From contig JBOEGS010000006.1 of assembly GCA_050633545.1 (NCBI GenBank), positions 251,926 through 315,925 on the forward strand: 64,000 nucleotides of DNA. The letters are read 5' to 3'. The stretch is from Paracoccaceae bacterium. Its GTDB lineage: Bacteria; Pseudomonadota; Alphaproteobacteria; Rhodobacterales; Rhodobacteraceae. Shown in pieces: positions 1-8,603 of the stretch. Within the stretch, counting starts at the first letter, position 1. Each line of letters opens with the position of its first letter. The notes under the pieces are model-generated. The model did no database searches. It worked only from the letters and a program-made list of their open reading frames with translations, and had not been told where the DNA came from. The position numbers and the translations under genes are program-made.

Positions 1-936
1 ATCGAAGCGGCGCTCAAGGCGCTGGACGATAAGGGATTGATCTATCGCGGCACGCTGGAGCCGCCCAAGGGCAAATTGCCCGAAGATTGGGAACCGCGCG
101 AGCAGACCTTGTTCAAATCCACCGAATACGGCGATGATGTGGACCGCCCCGTGCAAAAATCCGATGGCGGGTGGACCTATTTCGCCCCCGATATCGCCTA
201 TCACTTCGACAAGATCGAACGCGGCTTCGATATGCTCATCGATGTGTTTGGCGCCGATCACGGCGGCTATGTCAAACGGATGAAAGCGGCGGTGGCGGCA
301 TTGTCAGGCAACCGCGTGCCCTTGGATGTCAAGCTGACGCAATTGGTGAAGCTGTATAAGAACGGCGAGCCGTTCAAAATGTCCAAACGGGCAGGGACAT
401 TTGTCACCCTGCGCGATGTGGTCGATCAGGTGGGCCGCGATGTGACGCGCTTCCATATGCTCACGCGCAAGAATGACGCGCCTTTGGATTTCGATTTCGA
501 CAAGGTGATGGAGCAATCCAAGGACAACCCCGTTTTTTATGTGAACTACGCCAATGCGCGGGTGCATTCGGTGCTGCGCAAGGCAGAGGGCGCGGGGATG
601 ACATTCACCGATGCCGATCTGGCGGCGGCGGACCTGTCGGGCGTCACCCATGAGGCGGAATTGAAATTGGCCAAAACCTTGGCCGAATGGCCGCGTCTGG
701 TCGAGATTGCGGGGCGCACCAACGAACCGCACCGCATTGCCTTTTATCTCTATGAACTGGCGTCCGATTTCCACGCGCTGTGGAACCGCGGCAACGACAC
801 GCCCGATCTGCGTTTCTTGCAAGAGGGTGACGCGGGTGCCACATCGGCAAAAATCGCCCTCGCCAAGGCCACAAGCGTTGTTATTTCCGCAGGTCTTGGT
901 ATTCTGGGCGTAACTCCGGCGGAAGAGATGCGATAA
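1..936 (+). CDS. argS: Arginyl-tRNA synthetase (5' truncated by window edge)
   Basis: Open frame from base 1. [15 protein letters not shown] (KMSKS-type) and [12 protein letters not shown] motifs, DALR anticodon-binding C-terminus ending PAEEMR. Confidence 0.97.
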   Translation: MEAALKALDDKGLIYRGTLEPPKGKLPEDWEPREQTLFKSTEYGDDVDRPVQKSDGGWTYFAPDIAYHFDKIERGFDMLIDVFGADHGGYVKRMKAAVAALSGNRVPLDVKLTQLVKLYKNGEPFKMSKRAGTFVTLRDVVDQVGRDVTRFHMLTRKNDAPLDFDFDKVMEQSKDNPVFYVNYANARVHSVLRKAEGAGMTFTDADLAAADLSGVTHEAELKLAKTLAEWPRLVEIAGRTNEPHRIAFYLYELASDFHALWNRGNDTPDLRFLQEGDAGATSAKIALAKATSVVISAGLGILGVTPAEEMR

Positions 937-1015
937 AACCGCGCCTTCGCCGGTGTCGAGCAGGCATTAGATAAGCACCGGCGGCAAAGCACCGCACGGG
1001 GCAGTGAGGCGAAAA

Positions 1016-2578
1016 ATGGCGGATATCCGTGTGACGGGCGCAACGCGCGCGCCCCAACAGGCAAAACCCTTCGATCCATCCCAGCATCCGGCCTATGCGC
1101 GCCCTGCGCCTGCCGCCACCGCGCGCGGGCGGGCCAGCGCGCCGCAAGAGGCCCCGCAACCGCAACCCGCGCCGGTTTACGGCGCCGATGCGGGGCTGCA
1201 TCACGCGGGGCAATACCGCGCCGCCGCGGCCCCCGAATACGGTAGCGCGCCGCAAGTTGCCGCGCCGCATAGCCCCGCGCAGCCGCCACAGGCCGACCCC
1301 TACGCCCAGCCAAACATCCAGCAAAACATCCAGCCAAACGCCCAGCCCTATGCGCCGCAGGCCCAAGCTCCGGCCTTTGCTCCGGCTCCGGCCTGTGCTC
1401 AGGCCCCGCGCGTGACTGCAGGCTATTTCGCGCCGCAAGCCCAGATTGATGCGCAGGAACACTATGCGCAGGAACACTATGCTCAGGACCAATATGCGCC
1501 CACTCACGACGCGCAGGACCAATATGCGCAGGGCCAATACGCCCAAACGCAGGGCGCGCCGCAAACCGGCGGCGCATCGGCGGGCCTTGCCTCGGCCTTG
1601 CTGGCCTCGGCCCGTATGCCCACGGCGGCAGGGGCGCAGCGCGCGGCGAATATGGCCGGTGCGGTGGTCTCGCTGGCTTTGGTTCTGGGGCTTGGGGTTT
1701 GGGGCTATAAGCTTTTGGCGCGCGATGTCTCGGGCGTGCCGGTGATCCGCGCCGCCGCAGGGCCGATGCGCGTTGCCCCCGAAAACCCCGGCGGGCAACC
1801 GGCGGATTATCAAGGCTTTGCCGTCAATCAGGTCGCCGCCGAGGGGGCCGCCGCGAAACCGGCGGACCGGTTGGTTCTGGCGCCAAGGCCGGTGGATTTG
1901 ACCGCCGAGGACACCCCCGCCGTGGCGGGCGCCGAGGCCAGCACCATGAGCGCTCCGGCGCGTGCGCGCCAGATCGATATTTCCGCAGGCGGCGCCGAAT
2001 TGCCCCAAGGCAAATTGGCCGATATCCAAGCCTTGGCTGCGCAACTGGCCGCCGGATCGCCGAAAATGGACGCGGCCGCACCGGTCAAAGTTTCGGCGCC
2101 CGCGCCTGATGTCAGCGCCTCTGCGGTGGAAGCGGCACTCGCCGCCTCCGCCGAAGCCCCTGCCGTCGCCGCAGCCGCCATCGCCAAGCCCAAATCCGGC
2201 CTTGCGCGCTCCTTGCGCCCCCATGCGCGGCCCGCCGGATTGAAGAAAGCCTCGGTCAGCGGCGCGGTGGAAGCGGCGCTCAAATCCGCCTCGCGCGCCG
2301 GAGAGATCGACGCCGCCAGCCTGCCCGTGGGCACGCGTCTGGCGCAGCTTGGCACATTCGATACCGCTGATGGCGCACGCGCCGGATGGCACAAGCTGGA
2401 CGGGCGGTTTGGCGAGCTATTGGAAGGCAAATCCTTGGTCGTGCAACAAGCGCAAAGCGGCGGGCGGGTGTTCTACCGTTTGCGCGCGCATGGGTTCGGC
2501 GATATCAACGAGGCGCGCCGCTTCTGCGCGGCCTTTGTCTCCGAAGGGGTCGAATGTTTTCCGGTGGCGACACGATGA
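1016..2578 (+). CDS. SPOR-domain cell division/peptidoglycan-binding protein (FtsN-like) with low-complexity N-terminus and one TM helix
   Basis: TM segment AGAVVSLALVLGLGVWGY and C-terminal SPOR motif AQLGTF...FYRLRAHGF...FC; conserved position between argS and nagZ. ATG at 1016 chosen. Confidence 0.88.
   Translation: MADIRVTGATRAPQQAKPFDPSQHPAYARPAPAATARGRASAPQEAPQPQPAPVYGADAGLHHAGQYRAAAAPEYGSAPQVAAPHSPAQPPQADPYAQPNIQQNIQPNAQPYAPQAQAPAFAPAPACAQAPRVTAGYFAPQAQIDAQEHYAQEHYAQDQYAPTHDAQDQYAQGQYAQTQGAPQTGGASAGLASALLASARMPTAAGAQRAANMAGAVVSLALVLGLGVWGYKLLARDVSGVPVIRAAAGPMRVAPENPGGQPADYQGFAVNQVAAEGAAAKPADRLVLAPRPVDLTAEDTPAVAGAEASTMSAPARARQIDISAGGAELPQGKLADIQALAAQLAAGSPKMDAAAPVKVSAPAPDVSASAVEAALAASAEAPAVAAAAIAKPKSGLARSLRPHARPAGLKKASVSGAVEAALKSASRAGEIDAASLPVGTRLAQLGTFDTADGARAGWHKLDGRFGELLEGKSLVVQQAQSGGRVFYRLRAHGFGDINEARRFCAAFVSEGVECFPVATR
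1306..1353 (+). repeat. 4 x 12-bp in-frame tandem repeat (QPNI/QQNI/QPNA/QPYA)
   Basis: ccagccaaacat ccagcaaaacat ccagccaaacgc ccagccctatgc. Confidence 0.8.
1451..1540 (+). repeat. 6 x 15-bp in-frame tandem repeat (AQEHY/AQDQY pentapeptides)
   Basis: gcgcaggaacactat x2, gctcaggaccaatat, gcgcccactcacgac, gcgcaggaccaatat, gcgcagggccaatac. Confidence 0.85.
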
Positions 2579-3585
2579 GCCGCTTCGGAGCGACGATTTT
2601 CGGCTGCTCCGGCCTGCGTTTGACCAGCGCCGAAAAGGCCTTCTTTAAATCCGCTGACCCTTTCGGTTTTATCCTTTTTGCGCGCAATATCGACAGCGCC
2701 GCGCAAGTCCGCGCCCTATGCGCCGAATTGCGCGACTGTGTGGGCCGCGAGGCGATGATCACCATCGACCAAGAGGGCGGGCGTGTGCAGCGTTTGCGCC
2801 CGCCGCTGGCCTCGCAATGGGAGCCGCCGCTTGAACATATCGGCGCGGCAGGTGCCGAGGCGGCGGCGAGGGCGATGTATCTGCGCTATGCGATCATCGC
2901 CGCCGAATTGCGCGCGCTGGGGATCGACAGCAATTGCGCCCCGATGGTGGATGTGGCCGAAGAGGGCACCCATCCCTTTCTCAAGAACCGCTGCTACGGC
3001 TTTGATGCGCAAAGCATTTCGCGCATTGGCGCCGCCGTGGCGCAGGCCCATCTGGACGGCGGGGTCTTGCCCATCGTCAAACATATCCCTGGCCACGGGC
3101 GCGCCCGCGCCGACAGCCATCTCGAATTGCCGACCGTTTCAGCCAGCGCCGAAGACCTCATGCGCGTCGATTTTGCCCCCTTCAAGGCGCTCAACCACCT
3201 GCCTTTGGGGATGACGGCGCATCTGGTTTATGCGGCGATGGATGCCATGCCCGCGACCCTGTCGCCGCGGATGATGGAGGTGATCCGCAAGGACATCGGG
3301 TTCGGCGGTTTGATCATGACCGACGATATTTCGATGAAGGCGCTCAGCGGCCCCTTGGGGGGGCTTTCGCGCAGCGCCTTGGCCGCCGGATGCGACGTGA
3401 TTTTGCATTGCAACGGCGATCTGGGCGAAATGCGCGAGGTGGCCGAGGCCGCGGGCCATATGAGCACCGCCGCACAGGCGCGGGCCGATGCGGCGCTGTT
3501 GATGCGCAAAACGCCCGATCCTGTTGACATTTCGGCCCTCAACGCCCAGCTTGAAGCGCTTATTGGTGGGCGCTTACACGGCTGA
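2575..3585 (+). CDS. nagZ: Beta-N-acetylhexosaminidase (GH3)
   Basis: IDQEGGRVQR, KHIPGHG..DSH and MTDDISM motifs; ATGA overlap with the SPOR gene stop. Confidence 0.93.
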   Translation: MSRFGATIFGCSGLRLTSAEKAFFKSADPFGFILFARNIDSAAQVRALCAELRDCVGREAMITIDQEGGRVQRLRPPLASQWEPPLEHIGAAGAEAAARAMYLRYAIIAAELRALGIDSNCAPMVDVAEEGTHPFLKNRCYGFDAQSISRIGAAVAQAHLDGGVLPIVKHIPGHGRARADSHLELPTVSASAEDLMRVDFAPFKALNHLPLGMTAHLVYAAMDAMPATLSPRMMEVIRKDIGFGGLIMTDDISMKALSGPLGGLSRSALAAGCDVILHCNGDLGEMREVAEAAGHMSTAAQARADAALLMRKTPDPVDISALNAQLEALIGGRLHG

Positions 3586-3591
3586 GGGTGA

Positions 3592-4389
3592 ATGGCAGGT
3601 TCGGGGTTATTTGACGCACAGGATCGCGAGACGCAGGACCGCGTCGCCGAGCGGCTGGCCGCCGAGGCGCTGATCATTGATGTCGACGGGTTCGAGGGGC
3701 CGCTTGATGTGCTCTTGACCCTGTCGCGCACGCAAAAAGTCGATCTGCGCAAAATCTCGGTGCTGCATCTGGCGCAGCAATATCTCGCCTTTGTCGAGAA
3801 GGCCAAACAGCTGCGCCTTGAGCTGGCGGCGGATTATCTTGTGATGGCGGCGTGGCTGGCGTTTTTGAAATCGCGGCTGTTGCTGCCGCCCGACCCCACC
3901 GACGAGGGGCCATCGGGCGAGGAACTGGCCGCGCATCTGGCGTTCCAGCTGGAGCGGTTGCAAGGCATGCGCGATGTGGCGGCGCGGCTGATGGCGCGCG
4001 ATCAAAAGGGGCGCGATTTCTTTGTGCGCGGCGTGCCCGAAGGGGTGGAACGGGTCAAACGCGTGACCTATACGGCGACGCTTTTGGACCTGATGCAGGC
4101 CTATGCGCGCATTCGCACCAAGGATGAATTTCGCCCCTTCGTGATGGACCGCGACAGCGTTTACACGATGGAAGAGGCGCTTGGCCGGATGCGCGGATTG
4201 ATCGGATTTGCGGGCGATTGGACCGATATCAGCACCTATCTGCCCGAGGGCTGGGACGGCGATCCGGTCAAACGCCGCTCGGCCACGGCCTCGACCTTTG
4301 CGGCCTCGCTCGAATTGGTCAAAGAGGGCAAGGCCGAGATCCGCCAAGAAGAGACATTCGCGCCGGTGCAAGTGCGGCGCAAGGATTAA
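3592..4389 (+). CDS. scpA: Segregation and condensation protein A
   Basis: FEGPLDVLL and AADYLVMAAWLAFLKSRLLLP motifs; followed by scpB. Confidence 0.95.
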   Translation: MAGSGLFDAQDRETQDRVAERLAAEALIIDVDGFEGPLDVLLTLSRTQKVDLRKISVLHLAQQYLAFVEKAKQLRLELAADYLVMAAWLAFLKSRLLLPPDPTDEGPSGEELAAHLAFQLERLQGMRDVAARLMARDQKGRDFFVRGVPEGVERVKRVTYTATLLDLMQAYARIRTKDEFRPFVMDRDSVYTMEEALGRMRGLIGFAGDWTDISTYLPEGWDGDPVKRRSATASTFAASLELVKEGKAEIRQEETFAPVQVRRKD

Positions 4390-4393
4390 GATC

Positions 4394-5101
4394 ATGAGCG
4401 AAGATATTGATACCCAAGAAGAAATGCACGAAGAGAGCCTCTTTGAAGCGCCGCCCATGGCCGAGCAGGAGCGCATGATCGAGGCGATCCTATTTGCCAC
4501 GGCCGAACCCGTCAGCTTGCGCGAGATGGAAGCGCGGATGCCGCATGGGTCGGAGCCGAAAGAGGCTTTGATCTACCTGACCAAACGCTATGAGGGGCGC
4601 GGCGTGCATGTGGTGCGCGTTGGCGAGGCCTATGCGATGCGCACGGCGCCGGACCTCGGGTTCTTGATGCAAAAAGAGACGGTCGAGACCCGCAAGCTGA
4701 GCCGTGCCGCGATCGAGACCTTGGCGATCATCGCCTATCATCAACCCTGCACCCGCGCCGAGATCGAGGAAATCCGCGGGGTTTCGGTCAGCCGCGGCAC
4801 GATCGACCAGTTGATCGAGATGGAATGGATCCGCTTTGGCCGCCGCCGGATGACGCCAGGCCGTCCGGTGACCTTTGTTGTGACCGAGAGCTTCCTTGAC
4901 CACTTCGGCCTTGAAAACGCACGCGATTTGCCAGGGCTGAAGGAATTGCGCGCCGCCGGATTGCTCGAAAGCCGCCCCGCGCCGATGGGGCTGGATGCGG
5001 GCGAGGAGGAGGAGGAGGACGGCGATCAGGTCGATATGTTCGACGCGCCGATCCTTGACGACGACGAGGTGATCGACGCGGACGACGGGCTTTTGTCGTG
5101 A
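4394..5101 (+). CDS. scpB: Segregation and condensation protein B
   Basis: LSRAAIETLAIIAYHQPCTRAEIEEIRGV and FLDHFGL..LP motifs; ATG 4394 follows the scpA stop. Confidence 0.95.
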   Translation: MSEDIDTQEEMHEESLFEAPPMAEQERMIEAILFATAEPVSLREMEARMPHGSEPKEALIYLTKRYEGRGVHVVRVGEAYAMRTAPDLGFLMQKETVETRKLSRAAIETLAIIAYHQPCTRAEIEEIRGVSVSRGTIDQLIEMEWIRFGRRRMTPGRPVTFVVTESFLDHFGLENARDLPGLKELRAAGLLESRPAPMGLDAGEEEEEDGDQVDMFDAPILDDDEVIDADDGLLS

Positions 5102-5108
5102 CGTGATG

Positions 5109-5146
5109 GCCTTGAGCCTGCTTGCCTTGAGCCTGCCTGCCTTGAG
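5109..5146. repeat. 2.5 x 15-bp intergenic tandem repeat
   Basis: gccttgagcctgctt gccttgagcctgcct gccttgag. Confidence 0.75.
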
Positions 5147-5232
5147 GAAGGCACCTATGCGCCGTGAAATGGGCGGGTTTTATGCTATACTGCGCGGGAG
5201 CGAGCAGTGAAATAATCGATGAGGATGTCGAG

Positions 5233-5457
5233 ATGAACGTCAATCAAGTGATCAATATGGTGATGCGCCAAGTCATGCGCCGCCTTGTGAACAAAGGCGT
5301 GGGGATGGGCATGGACCGCGTCTCGCGCATGGGCGGCAAGGATGGGCCGCCCGCTGCGGATGGGGCGCGCAAGGCGCAAAACAAGGGCGCGGCGGGCAAT
5401 ACCGGCCAACGTATGCGCCAAGCCAACCGTTTGATCCGCCGCATCGGCCGCTTTTAG
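5233..5457 (+). CDS. Small basic hypothetical protein (74 aa)
   Basis: GAGGA RBS before ATG 5233; MNVNQVINMVMRQVMRRLVNKG...RRIGRF; typical codon usage. Confidence 0.7.
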   Translation: MNVNQVINMVMRQVMRRLVNKGVGMGMDRVSRMGGKDGPPAADGARKAQNKGAAGNTGQRMRQANRLIRRIGRF

Positions 5458-5688
5458 GGCGCTCGCACCTTTACCCGCAGTGTGCTGCCGTCTTTTTGCC
5501 CGTTGTTGGGCGGAGCAGGACTTGTGTTCGAACTGGGCCAGAGTTTGCTAATGCGTGATTTGCAAAATACCTAGTTTGCAAAGATTGCAAGGCGCCCAAT
5601 GAGAATCGGGTGCCTTGGCATGGAGAAGGCCAGTGCAGGCGCGCCTGCACATACGGGACGGGGCTAAGTCGTAGGGATCGCTCAAATC

Positions 5689-5704
5689 TTTACGTCATTT
5701 TAAC
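5689..5704 (+). promoter_or_regulatory. Putative CtrA box upstream of the diguanylate cyclase
   Basis: TTTA-CGTCATT-TTAAC, one mismatch to TTAA-N7-TTAAC. Confidence 0.55.
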
Positions 5705-5832
5705 CCTGATGACACAGGCTGAATTTGGTTTTCTGTTCCTATCCACGATGTGCGCTCGATGCTTTCATTCCCACGATCTAACGGCTGCGGCATTCCAGCG
5801 TGCCATGTAAGGTTTTACCGAAAGGTTTGCCT

Positions 5833-7305
5833 ATGCCAGGCATGAAGTATGTGGACCCGAGCGCAGCGGCGGAAGATGACCCGCGGCTGAGCGCGGGTGA
5901 AATCACCTATAGCTATGTTGGCGTGGCACATCGCGCACGTGCATTCTTGGCGGGTTTCGCGCTTTTGATCGGGCTCTTCGTCATGGGGGGCTATGTGCTG
6001 GAGGCGCAGCTGCACAAGCCTTTCCATGCTCTTCCAGGAAAGCACCCGCTGACCACGCTCATGGTGGTCTTGGTCGCGATAAACCTGTTGATGCACCGCT
6101 TGTTGCAACCGATCAATATCGTGCGCCACATCATTTTGCTCGCGGTGGTTTGCTTGAGCAGCGTGCGCCTGATCGAGATCCAGTCGGGCGACATCAAGCA
6201 CCCGCTGAGCGAGGCACTTGCGCGGTGGTTGACCCCCCATACCGACATGAGCGGGGTCGAGACCGGAGCCAATACGGCCCTGTGTTTGGGGCTTATGGCC
6301 ATTTCGGGGCTGTTTCTTTCGCGCTCGCCGCGTGTCGCGCTTTGGGCGGCGGTGCTGGCGGGGTTCATCGCCCTGCTCGGGGCCACGGGCTACGCGTTCC
6401 AGTTGGATGTCTTGTTCGGCAATATGTCGCCTGTCACCGTCGCCTGTCTGGTGCCGCTGACCTTGGCGACGATGACGCTTTATGCCCATCAGCATATTTT
6501 TCGCACCGTGCTGAGCGATACGCCGGTCGGTTTTGTGGCCCGTTGCCAGATCGCTTTTAGCAGCTTGTTGATGATTCTCGTCGCTGCCGCGCAGGTCAGC
6601 GATCAATTCTCCACAGCGGCGATGCAAAACCTGTTCCTCGCGCTGGTGCTTTGGTTGATCGGAGCGATGAATGTGATCACTGCGGGCGTCTATGACCGCA
6701 TCGACCGGCGGCGGCGCAAGGTCGAGCGCGATCTGGTGAATACCGCGATGTTTGACTCTCTGACCGGCGCGGCCAACCGTCACGGGTTGGAGCTTTATTT
6801 CGCCGGTTTGCAACGTGAGTTGGAGGTCGGCGTGGTGCTCATCGATCTGGACCATTTCAAATTGGTCAATGACCGCTTCGGGCATAAGGCGGGCGATCGC
6901 ATTCTGGCCACGGTGAGCGCGGCTTTGCGTATGGGGTTGCGCGAACGGGATGTTCTGGCGCGCTGGGGCGGCGAAGAGTTTTTGGTTGTCCTGTATGACG
7001 TTGATGCCAAAGGGCTCGCCATTGTGGCCGAGAAATTGCGTTTGATCGTTCAGGATATGGTCGATCCCGTTGGCGAGGTGGAACAGTTCACCGCCTCGAT
7101 TGGCGCGACATTGATGGACCGCGGCGAGACGGCCTTGGAACCGGCGGTCGCGCGCGCCGACCGCGCGCTCTATTGGTCCAAAGACATGGGGCGCAACCGC
7201 GTGACCTTGTGGGGGGATTTGCCGGTGCCCGACCGCGATCTGGGCTTCACCCGCAAGCAGACGCGCGACGACGCAGAGCCGCGGGTTCCGCTTACGGGGA
7301 CTTGA
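5833..7305 (+). CDS. Multi-TM diguanylate cyclase (GGDEF domain)
   Basis: About 8 hydrophobic segments, then DSLTG, DLDHFKLVND, RERD I-site and GGEEF active site. Start could be 5833 or 5842. Confidence 0.92.
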   Translation: MPGMKYVDPSAAAEDDPRLSAGEITYSYVGVAHRARAFLAGFALLIGLFVMGGYVLEAQLHKPFHALPGKHPLTTLMVVLVAINLLMHRLLQPINIVRHIILLAVVCLSSVRLIEIQSGDIKHPLSEALARWLTPHTDMSGVETGANTALCLGLMAISGLFLSRSPRVALWAAVLAGFIALLGATGYAFQLDVLFGNMSPVTVACLVPLTLATMTLYAHQHIFRTVLSDTPVGFVARCQIAFSSLLMILVAAAQVSDQFSTAAMQNLFLALVLWLIGAMNVITAGVYDRIDRRRRKVERDLVNTAMFDSLTGAANRHGLELYFAGLQRELEVGVVLIDLDHFKLVNDRFGHKAGDRILATVSAALRMGLRERDVLARWGGEEFLVVLYDVDAKGLAIVAEKLRLIVQDMVDPVGEVEQFTASIGATLMDRGETALEPAVARADRALYWSKDMGRNRVTLWGDLPVPDRDLGFTRKQTRDDAEPRVPLTGT

Positions 7306-8368
7306 AGTGTTTGGACAGTTTCAAGCCTTGGCCTTGATAGTTTGACGCAATGCCGGTGCCGTAAAGCTGTGCCGGTCGCTGCGCCATTTTCTCATAGACC
7401 AGCCGCCCGACCACTTGGCCATGCTCCAAAACAAAGGGCGCCTCATGGCAGCGCACTTCGAGCACGCCGCGCGATCCGGCGCCGCCTGCGGGGCTATAGC
7501 CGAAACCGGGGTCGAAGAACCCCGCATAATGCACGCGAAACTCGCCCACCATGGCCAGATAGGGCGCCATTTCGGCGGCATATTCGGGCGGGATGCAAAC
7601 CGCCTCGCGGCTGACGAGGATATAAAACGCCCCCGGATCAAGGATCACGCGGCCCTCGCTGGTGCGCACTTCTTCCCAATATTCGGCCGGATCATAAACC
7701 CCGATCCGCTCCAGATCGATCACGCCGGTATGGGGTTTGGCGCGGTAGCCGACCAGATCGCCCTGCGCCGGCTTGAGATCGACCGAAAAGCCCAGCCCTT
7801 CGTCGATCACCGCCTCGCCGTCCACCAAAGGCATCTGCGCATGTAAGGCGCGCAGGGCGGCGTCATCGACGATGGCTTGCCCATCGCGAAAACGGATCTG
7901 GTTGAGGCGCATGCCAGGCCGGACGAGAACCGAAAAGCTGCGCGGGCAAATCTCGGCGTAGAGCGGGCCGGAGTAACCCGGCGCGATACGGTCGAATTCG
8001 GTGCCGCTGTCGGTGATCAGGCGGGTGAGAAGATCAAGCCGACCTGTGGAGCTTTTGGCATTGGCCACGGCCTGTAACCCATCGGGCAGATCAAGACTTT
8101 CCATCAAGGGCACCACATAGACACAGCCCTTTTCGAGCACCGCGCCATGGGTCAGGTCGACCTGATGCATTTCGAATTCGCCAAGGCGCTGCGCGACGCT
8201 GCGCCCTTCGCCTGCCAAAAACGAGGCGCGCACACGCCATGCGCGGGTGCCAAGACGCAGGTCAAGGCTCGCCGGTTGCACCTGCGCGGGGTCGATGGCG
8301 GGACTGCCTTTGAGCGCCCCTTGGTCGATCAAGCTTTGGATTTGCTGGCTTGCCAATACGCCGGTCAT
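7292..8368 (-). CDS. dcd: 2'-deoxycytidine 5'-triphosphate deaminase (alphaproteobacterial long form)
   Basis: QPASLDLRLG, ANAKSSTGRLD and HYAGFFDPGFG motifs; AGGAG RBS before ATG 8368. Confidence 0.92.
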   Translation of the reverse strand: MTGVLASQQIQSLIDQGALKGSPAIDPAQVQPASLDLRLGTRAWRVRASFLAGEGRSVAQRLGEFEMHQVDLTHGAVLEKGCVYVVPLMESLDLPDGLQAVANAKSSTGRLDLLTRLITDSGTEFDRIAPGYSGPLYAEICPRSFSVLVRPGMRLNQIRFRDGQAIVDDAALRALHAQMPLVDGEAVIDEGLGFSVDLKPAQGDLVGYRAKPHTGVIDLERIGVYDPAEYWEEVRTSEGRVILDPGAFYILVSREAVCIPPEYAAEMAPYLAMVGEFRVHYAGFFDPGFGYSPAGGAGSRGVLEVRCHEAPFVLEHGQVVGRLVYEKMAQRPAQLYGTGIASNYQGQGLKLSKHFKSP

Positions 8369-8381
8369 CGCGGGTCTCCTC

Positions 8382-8411
8382 GCTGCGGGTGGGTGGGCTG
8401 CGGGTGGGTGG
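8382..8411 (+). repeat. Perfect 15-bp tandem duplication forming a five-tract G-quadruplex motif
   Basis: gctgcgggtgggtgg x2; GGG tracts at 8387, 8391, 8395, 8402 and 8406. Confidence 0.75.
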
Positions 8412-8426
8412 CCGCCTCCGGATATG

Positions 8427-8461
8427 AAAATCGCCCGGGCCACAAGGGCCACGGGCGGTTT
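8427..8461 (-). terminator. Rho-independent terminator after tRNA-Pro
   Basis: Minus strand aaaccgcccgtggccc-ttgt-ggcccgggcgatttt: GC hairpin plus T run. Confidence 0.6.
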
Positions 8462-8465
8462 GTCA

Positions 8466-8542
8466 TGGTCGGGCTAGCAGGACTCGAACCTGCGACCTTC
8501 CGTCCCCCAGACGGACGCGCTACCAGGCTGCGCCATAGCCCG
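8466..8542 (-). tRNA. tRNA-Pro(GGG)
   Basis: CGGGCTATGGCGCAGCCTGGTAGCGCGTCCGTCTGGGGGACGGAAGGTCGCAGGTTCGAGTCCTGCTAGCCCGACCA: cloverleaf, GGG anticodon, TTCGA T-loop, CCA end. Confidence 0.97.
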
Positions 8543-8603
8543 ACGATGGGGGCTTCATAATGGTTTTGCGGGCAGGAGCAAGAGGGAAAAACCAATTTCT
8601 CGA

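Noticed and set aside
1306-1540. CRISPR-like array
   Set aside because: Units are contiguous 12-15 bp in-frame coding repeats with no spacers, and no cas genes are present.
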